From NCBI GenBank assembly GCA_022800625.1, contig JAAWQR010000001.1, forward strand, positions 83,736 to 147,735: a DNA stretch of 64,000 nt. Direction: 5' to 3'. Under the pieces are notes generated by a model, which was not told where the DNA came from, did no database searches, and worked only from the letters and a program-made list of their open reading frames with translations. The translations under genes and the position numbers were made by a program. Below, piece after piece: positions 58,387 to 64,000 of the stretch (position 1 is the first letter of the stretch; every line of letters starts with the position of its first letter). Origin of the DNA: Clostridiales bacterium. GTDB lineage: Bacteria > Bacillota > Clostridia > Oscillospirales > CAG-272.

Positions 58387-58415
58387 TTGACAACTCATTC
58401 TCAGCGTGATATACT
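58387..58415 (+). promoter_or_regulatory. Sigma-A-type promoter of the trp leader
   Basis: TTGACA (58387-92), a 17-nt spacer, then TGaTATACT (-10 at 58410-15). Confidence 0.65.
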
Positions 58416-58440
58416 GTAACAAAAGAAATATTATAAACCG

Positions 58441-58714
58441 TTGATGTGAAGATAAAAACGATTATGCTCCCACAGAGAGTCCGCGGCGCTGAAAGTCGGA
58501 TGGAAAACAGTTCGTTAAATGGATCACTGAGGGCACGGTCAAAGTCATATTTTGTTCTGCAAAGTTTGATAAGTATTCCGTGACGTGTTGGTATACGTAA
58601 GTTACCGAGAATATGTCAGTATTCTGCTAAGCGTGCAGGAGTTCCTGCAAATCAAGGTGGTACCGCGGAAAAATTTCGTCCTTGACAGATATATAATTCT
58701 GTCAGGGACTTTTT
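58441..58714 (+). promoter_or_regulatory. T-box leader (tRNA-Trp-responsive) with terminator/antiterminator
   Basis: Stem I elements are present: ugaugugaag K-turn-like base, AGAGAG bulge, GCUGAAAG distal loop. UGG-A candidates lie at 58520-22 and 58501-03. The T-box sequence is aaaucaaGGUGGUACCGCGg (58649-68). The terminator is gtccttgacaga (58678-89) / tctgtcagggac (58698-709) plus ttttt. Confidence 0.85.
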
Positions 58715-58809
58715 ATATTGTCACCGATTGATTAAAAATTTCAATAAGCTGAATTGACATAATATTAACCCAAATACTTGACCGAATTGCGGAGAATTGG
58801 AGAGAAGTT

Positions 58810-60273
58810 ATGGCATATCCCGATATAACAAAAATCAAGGATCTTGCAAAAAGCAGTAAATACGGCACAGTTCCTGTCAGTATTCAAATTTTATCGGATA
58901 TAAAGACACCGATTCAGGTGCTGAATATTTTGAAAAACATTTCAAGTCACGTTTACATGCTTGAAAGCGCATGCGACAATGAGAATTGGGGCAGATATAC
59001 CTTCCTCGGATATTCTCCGAAAATGGAGATAGTATGCAAGAACGGTATTATAAGTACCGACGGAATCAAGATAAAGACCCAACATCCCGGAAAGTATATC
59101 AGGCAAATACTTGAATCAAGGCGAAGTCCGAAAATCGAAGGCCTTCCCTCCTTTACAGGCGGACTTGTAGGATATTTTTCCTATGATTATCTGAAATATG
59201 CAGAGCCGACTCTGAATCTCGACGCCGATGATACGGAAGGCTTCAACGACGTCGATCTTATGCTTTTTGACAAAGTTATAGCCTTTGATAATTTTAAGCA
59301 GAAAATTATACTTATAGTTAATATTTCGCTTGATAATATTGACTCGGAATACAACCGCGCTTTGATGGAGCTTGAACAAATGCGTGATCTCATTGAAAAC
59401 GGTAAACCGAAGAAAAACGACGGCGGCAAGCTCAAATCGGAATTTAACAGTTTATTCTCACGCGAAGAATACTGTCAAATGATTGAAAAAGCGAAAGAGC
59501 ATATTTATGAGGGGGATATTTTCCAGATAGTGCTGTCAAACAGGCTCGATGCTGAATTTGAAGGAAGTCTCTTAAATACATACCGAATTCTGAGAACACT
59601 GAATCCCTCACCGTATATGTTTTACTTTTCAGGCTCGGATATGGAGGTTGCGGGAGCATCTCCCGAAACTCTTGTTAAGCTTGAAGACGGAGTGCTTCAC
59701 ACATTCCCTCTTGCAGGAACACGCCCGAGAGGAAAAAATGCGGAAGAGGATATCACGATTGAAAGAGAACTTCTTTCCGATCCCAAGGAGCTCTCGGAGC
59801 ACAACATGCTTGTAGATCTCGGGAGGAACGATATCGGCAAAATAAGCAAATTCGGTTCGGTTGAAGTTGAAAAATATCATGAAATTCTGAGATATTCTCA
59901 TGTAATGCACATCGGCTCGACCGTTCGCGGTGAAATCCGTGAGGATCGGGACACACTTGACGCGATAGATGCTATCCTCCCTGCCGGCACGCTCTCGGGA
60001 GCACCTAAGATCAAAGCCTGCCAGCTGATAAACGATCTTGAAAACAACAAGCGCGGAATATACGGCGGCGCTATCGGATACATCGATTTCACCGGTAATC
60101 TTGACACTTGTATTGCTATCAGAATAGCCTACAAAAAAAACGGACGGGTATTTGTCAGAAGCGGAGCGGGAATCGTTGCCGATTCCGTTCCTGAGCGCGA
60201 ATTTGAAGAGTGCATAAATAAGGCAGCCGCTGTTGTTAAGGCCATCAAAGCCGCAGGTGAGCTTGAGGAATAA
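58810..60273 (+). CDS. trpE: Anthranilate synthase component I
   Basis: 487 aa with LNPSPYMFY, GTLSGAPK and YGGAIGY. Confidence 0.9.
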   Translation: MAYPDITKIKDLAKSSKYGTVPVSIQILSDIKTPIQVLNILKNISSHVYMLESACDNENWGRYTFLGYSPKMEIVCKNGIISTDGIKIKTQHPGKYIRQILESRRSPKIEGLPSFTGGLVGYFSYDYLKYAEPTLNLDADDTEGFNDVDLMLFDKVIAFDNFKQKIILIVNISLDNIDSEYNRALMELEQMRDLIENGKPKKNDGGKLKSEFNSLFSREEYCQMIEKAKEHIYEGDIFQIVLSNRLDAEFEGSLLNTYRILRTLNPSPYMFYFSGSDMEVAGASPETLVKLEDGVLHTFPLAGTRPRGKNAEEDITIERELLSDPKELSEHNMLVDLGRNDIGKISKFGSVEVEKYHEILRYSHVMHIGSTVRGEIREDRDTLDAIDAILPAGTLSGAPKIKACQLINDLENNKRGIYGGAIGYIDFTGNLDTCIAIRIAYKKNGRVFVRSGAGIVADSVPEREFEECINKAAAVVKAIKAAGELEE

Positions 60274-60301
60274 TAATACTCATTGAAATCGGAGAACAAA
60301 A

Positions 60302-60883
60302 ATGGTACTCTTAATAGATAATTACGACAGCTTTTCATATAATTTGTTTCAGTTGATCGGAACGTATACACCTGATATTAAGATCATCAGAAATGACGCT
60401 ATGAGCGCCGACGATGTGATATCTCTCTCGCCCGACGCGATCATTATTTCACCCGGTCCCGGAAAGCCTGAAGACGCAGGAATATGCGTTGAACTGATAA
60501 AAAAGATCGGCGGAAAAATTCCGCTTCTCGGTGTTTGTCTCGGTCATCAGGCAATATGCACGGCATTCGGCGCTGTCGTATCATATGCCGCATGTCTTAT
60601 GCACGGCAAACAGTCGGAAACGGAGCTTGACACAGATGAACCTATCTTTAACGGCTGTGACAAAACTACATCTGTTGCAAGATATCATTCACTGTCGGTA
60701 ATCGAAAATACGCTTCCCGACTGTCTGCGTGTCACCGCAAAAGCTTCCGACGGAGAAGTTATGGCTGTATCTCACACCGAATATAAGATATTCGGTCTTC
60801 AATTTCATCCCGAATCTATAATGACGCCAGACGGCGGAAAAATGATAGAGAATTTTCTTAAACTTTCAAGCTGTATTCAGTGA
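60302..60883 (+). CDS. trpG: Anthranilate synthase component II (glutamine amidotransferase)
   Basis: 193 aa with [12 protein letters not shown], the catalytic GVCLGHQ, and QFHPES. Confidence 0.9.
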   Translation: MVLLIDNYDSFSYNLFQLIGTYTPDIKIIRNDAMSADDVISLSPDAIIISPGPGKPEDAGICVELIKKIGGKIPLLGVCLGHQAICTAFGAVVSYAACLMHGKQSETELDTDEPIFNGCDKTTSVARYHSLSVIENTLPDCLRVTAKASDGEVMAVSHTEYKIFGLQFHPESIMTPDGGKMIENFLKLSSCIQ

Positions 60884-60897
60884 AAGGCGTGAACACA

Positions 60898-61914
60898 ATG
60901 ATAAAAGAAGCAATAATAAAAATTGTAGACAAAATGGATCTTACATACGATGAAGCGTATGCGGTCATGAATGAGATCATGAACGGTGAAACAACTCCGA
61001 CTCAGAACGCTGCCTTTCTTGCCGCTCTTTCAACCAAAAGTACAAAGGCGGAAACAATAGATGAAATCTCCGGCTGCGCTGCCGCTATGCGAGATCATGC
61101 GCTGAATGTCAAATACACCTCCGACGTGTTTGAGATAGTCGGTACAGGAGGCGACGGAGCACACAGCTTCAATATTTCAACCGCATCCGCTTTTGTTCTT
61201 GCAGGCGGCGGAGTTAAGGTTGCAAAGCACGGAAACCGCGCAGCTTCCTCCGACTGCGGAACAGCGGACTGCCTTGAGGCTCTCGGTGCAAACATCTCTG
61301 TAGAGCCGAAGAAATGTGCTGAGCTTATAGATAAAGTAGGTATGTGCTTTATGTTTGCTCAAAAATACCACACCTCAATGAAGTATGTCGGATCTATACG
61401 GCGGGAGCTTGGAATACGAACCGTATTTAATATACTCGGCCCTCTTACCAATCCTGCACACCCGACTTATCAGCTTCTCGGAGTGTACAGCGAAACACTT
61501 GTAGAACCGCTTGCAAGAGTTCTGACAAGTCTCGGTGTAAAAAAAGGACTTGTAGTATACGGACAAGATAAAATTGATGAGCTGTCGCTCCGTGCTCCGA
61601 GCACTGTATGTGACTTCTCGAACGGAAAATATTCCGTATATGAAATAAAACCTGAAGACTTCGGTCTTACACGGTGTTCAAAAAACGAAATTGTCGGAGG
61701 TGATCCTCAGACTAATGCAAGAATACTGAGAGATGTTTTGGACGGCGTTAAAGGAGCAAGAAGAGACGTCGTGCTACTTAACGCAGGCGCTTCATTCTAC
61801 GCCGCAGATCGCGCAGAGAGCATCTCAGAGGGAATTGATATGGCAAGACGCAGCATAGACTCCGGAAAAGCCATGGAGAAACTTGATTTGTTTGTTAAGC
61901 TCACAAACGAATAA
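60898..61914 (+). CDS. trpD: Anthranilate phosphoribosyltransferase
   Basis: [20 protein letters not shown]...[12 protein letters not shown] at 60898 follows AAAGG. The track GTG at 60880 overlaps the trpG stop. Confidence 0.9.
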   Translation: MIKEAIIKIVDKMDLTYDEAYAVMNEIMNGETTPTQNAAFLAALSTKSTKAETIDEISGCAAAMRDHALNVKYTSDVFEIVGTGGDGAHSFNISTASAFVLAGGGVKVAKHGNRAASSDCGTADCLEALGANISVEPKKCAELIDKVGMCFMFAQKYHTSMKYVGSIRRELGIRTVFNILGPLTNPAHPTYQLLGVYSETLVEPLARVLTSLGVKKGLVVYGQDKIDELSLRAPSTVCDFSNGKYSVYEIKPEDFGLTRCSKNEIVGGDPQTNARILRDVLDGVKGARRDVVLLNAGASFYAADRAESISEGIDMARRSIDSGKAMEKLDLFVKLTNE

Positions 61915-61936
61915 ATAAATAAAGGAACAATGCTAT

Positions 61937-62728
61937 ATGAATAAAAATATTCTTGAAAAAATAGCAGTCGCTGCAAAAGAACGGGTAAAATCTGCTGAAA
62001 AAAGCTTCCCGCTTAATGAAATAAAGAAAACCGCACTCGAATTGAGTCAAAGCACAAATTTTCCTTTTGAGAAGGTTTTATGCGATAAAGATATATCTTT
62101 TATATGCGAATGCAAAAAAGCTTCGCCGTCAAAAGGAATAATATCTAAAGATTTTCCGTATTTGGATATAGCAAAGGAATACGAAAGAGCCGGAGCTGCC
62201 GCAATTTCCGTTTTAACAGAGCCGCTGTGGTTTCAGGGAGAGGACAGATTCCTCTCAGATATAGCAAAAACAGTATCTCTTCCCTGTCTCAGAAAAGATT
62301 TTACGGTTGATGAATACATGATATATGAAGCAAAAATTTTGGGAGCGTCTGCAATACTTCTCATCTGTGCCATAACCGACACTGCACAGCTTCATAATTA
62401 TATAAAAATTTGCGACACGCTCGGTATATCTGCTCTTGTTGAGGCACATGACGAGTCGGAAATAAACTCTGCGCTTAAAGCAGGTGCAAGAATAATCGGT
62501 GTAAACAACAGAAACCTAAAAGATTTCACGGTAGATATCTCAAACAGCGAACGTCTCAGAAAATACGTGCCGAGCGATATTTTGTTTGTTGCGGAAAGCG
62601 GAATAAAAACTCCCGAAGACATTGAAAGATTACGGGCAGCTAATATAAACGGTGTTCTGATCGGAGAGACTTTGATGAGAGCCGATAACAAAAAAGCTAT
62701 GCTTGATAAGCTTCGCGGAGATGAATAA
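61937..62728 (+). CDS. trpC: Indole-3-glycerol phosphate synthase
   Basis: 263 aa with ICECKKASPSKG and GVNNRNLKDF. Confidence 0.9.
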   Translation: MNKNILEKIAVAAKERVKSAEKSFPLNEIKKTALELSQSTNFPFEKVLCDKDISFICECKKASPSKGIISKDFPYLDIAKEYERAGAAAISVLTEPLWFQGEDRFLSDIAKTVSLPCLRKDFTVDEYMIYEAKILGASAILLICAITDTAQLHNYIKICDTLGISALVEAHDESEINSALKAGARIIGVNNRNLKDFTVDISNSERLRKYVPSDILFVAESGIKTPEDIERLRAANINGVLIGETLMRADNKKAMLDKLRGDE

Positions 62729-62747
62729 CAATAACGGACAGGTAAAT

Positions 62748-63350
62748 ATGAAAATAAAAATATGCGGAATCACCCGAGAAATCGACATAGATTATTTGAA
62801 TGAATTAAAACCCGATATGGCAGGATTCATCTTTGTAAAAGGCAGGAGAAGATATATTACTACCGAAGCTGCGAAAAAACTCACCGGCTGCTTAAATTCC
62901 GAGATTTTATCAGTAGGAGTCTTTTTTAATGAATCTCAAAATGTAATTTCTGATATCTGTCATTCTTGCAGAATAGATTTTATTCAACTTCACGGAAATG
63001 AAGACAACGATTATATAAACGAGATAAGAAAAAAGACAATGCGTCCTGTTATAAAGGCGTTTAAAATACAGAATGAAAGTGATGCCGAGACGATAGAAAG
63101 CAGCGATGCCGATCTTGTTCTGCTTGACGCAGGAGAAGGAGGAGGCAGCACATTTGATTGGGAGCTTGCAAAAAATATCCGACGGCCTTATCTTCTTGCC
63201 GGAGGACTTACATGTGAAAATGCAGACAGGGCTGTTAAGATGCTTTCTCCTTACGGAGTTGATATCAGTTCGGGAGTTGAAACAGACGGATTTAAGGATT
63301 ATCTTAAAATCAGAGAATTTATAAAAATTTGCAGAAATAACCATCAATAA
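62748..63350 (+). CDS. trpF: Phosphoribosylanthranilate isomerase
   Basis: MKIKICGITREIDI...QLHGNE...LLDAGEGGGSTFDW. ATG at 62748; the track start at 62703 is rejected. Confidence 0.85.
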   Translation: MKIKICGITREIDIDYLNELKPDMAGFIFVKGRRRYITTEAAKKLTGCLNSEILSVGVFFNESQNVISDICHSCRIDFIQLHGNEDNDYINEIRKKTMRPVIKAFKIQNESDAETIESSDADLVLLDAGEGGGSTFDWELAKNIRRPYLLAGGLTCENADRAVKMLSPYGVDISSGVETDGFKDYLKIREFIKICRNNHQ

Positions 63351-63384
63351 AACAGCCTGAAGATACGGCAGAACGGAGCAACAT

Positions 63385-64000
63385 ATGGAACAAAGTAAAG
63401 GAAGATTCGGCATTCACGGCGGTCAGTATATACCCGAAACGCTTATGAATGCTGTTAATGAGCTTGAAAAAGCCTATAACTATTACAAAAACGACAGCAA
63501 ATTTAACGCTGAGCTTGAAGCTCTGCTTAATGAATACGGCGGAAGACCGAGCAGGCTTTATTATGCTGAGAAAATGACGCGAGACCTCGGCGGTGCTAAA
63601 ATATATTTAAAAAGAGAAGATTTGAATCATACAGGCGCACACAAAATAAATAATGTACTAGGTCAGGCATTGCTCGCAAAAAAGATGGGTAAGAAACGTC
63701 TGATTGCCGAAACAGGAGCAGGTCAGCACGGAGTCGCAACTGCAACGGCGGCGGCGCTTATGGGAATGGAATGCGTCGTTTTCATGGGCAAGGAGGACAC
63801 TGTAAGACAGGCGCTGAATGTTTACAAAATGGAGCTGCTCGGAGCTGAAGTAATTCCCGTTGAATCGGGAACTGCAACTCTTAAAGATGCCGTAAACGCG
63901 GCTATGCGGGAGTGGACTGCGAGAATCAGCGATACGCATTACTGCCTCGGCTCAGTTATGGGACCTCATCCGTTTCCGACGATAGTACGGGATTTTCAGG
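63385..64000 (+). CDS. trpB: Tryptophan synthase beta chain; the 3' end runs off the right window edge
   Basis: Absent from the ORF track because no stop lies in the window. My translation from ATG 63385 (GGAG 7 nt upstream) reads [21 protein letters not shown]...[27 protein letters not shown]...[12 protein letters not shown], which includes the PLP lysine motif. Confidence 0.9.
   Translation, partial: MEQSKGRFGIHGGQYIPETLMNAVNELEKAYNYYKNDSKFNAELEALLNEYGGRPSRLYYAEKMTRDLGGAKIYLKREDLNHTGAHKINNVLGQALLAKKMGKKRLIAETGAGQHGVATATAAALMGMECVVFMGKEDTVRQALNVYKMELLGAEVIPVESGTATLKDAVNAAMREWTARISDTHYCLGSVMGPHPFPTIVRDFQ

Noticed and set aside
1-64000. tRNA, rRNA, tmRNA, CRISPR arrays, IS elements, integrases, phage genes or toxin-antitoxin pairs
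   Set aside because: I scanned ORF products and intergenic regions. I found no transposase, recombinase or Cas-like protein, no regularly spaced direct repeats, and no tRNA-like T-arm (GGTTCGAATCC-type) sequence. This was a by-eye search only, so short or degenerate elements could have been missed.

Overview
This window looks like a chromosomal segment from a low-GC, spore-forming Firmicute of the Clostridia type; that assignment is an inference from gene content (yqfC-yqfD-phoH, ylbJ). Most of it is core housekeeping and nucleotide or amino-acid biosynthesis. From left to right it carries phoH/yqfD/yqfC (minus strand), ylbJ, prfB and an RNA methyltransferase. Next comes a small accessory patch: a long sigma-70/ECF-like protein, a GNAT, a VOC protein, gdhA, and two paralogous membrane proteins behind secA. 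Then come trmL, cls and polA, followed by three orphan minus-strand genes and a nahK-like kinase divergent from a sugar isomerase/oxidoreductase pair. About 26 kb of plus-strand nucleotide biosynthesis follows: pyrC-carB-pyrK-pyrD-pyrF-pyrE-pyrB-pyrI-guaB, then purE-purC-purF-purM-purN-purO-purH'-purD-purL-fhs plus a GH36-family gene. The window ends with a Bce-type peptide-antibiotic resistance module (RR-HK-ABC) and a trpEGDCFB operon whose trpB runs off the right edge. Two cis-regulatory RNAs can be read directly from the sequence: a ZTP (pfl) riboswitch before purE and a tryptophan T-box before trpE. I saw no tRNA, rRNA, CRISPR array, transposase, integrase, phage gene or recognisable defence island, and I cannot point to a convincing stand-alone novel multi-gene system. 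The most unusual items are:
- a raffinose-synthase/GH36-family gene apparently translationally coupled to the end of the ZTP-controlled pur-fhs operon;
- a PurF homologue lacking the N-terminal Cys nucleophile;
- a pyr operon with carB but no carA or pyrR;
- a 548-aa sigma factor with a roughly 380-aa C-terminal extension and no adjacent anti-sigma gene;
- a secA-linked pair of polytopic membrane proteins sharing an MGFG N-terminus.
All family assignments come from motif reading and memory of family signatures, not from database searches.
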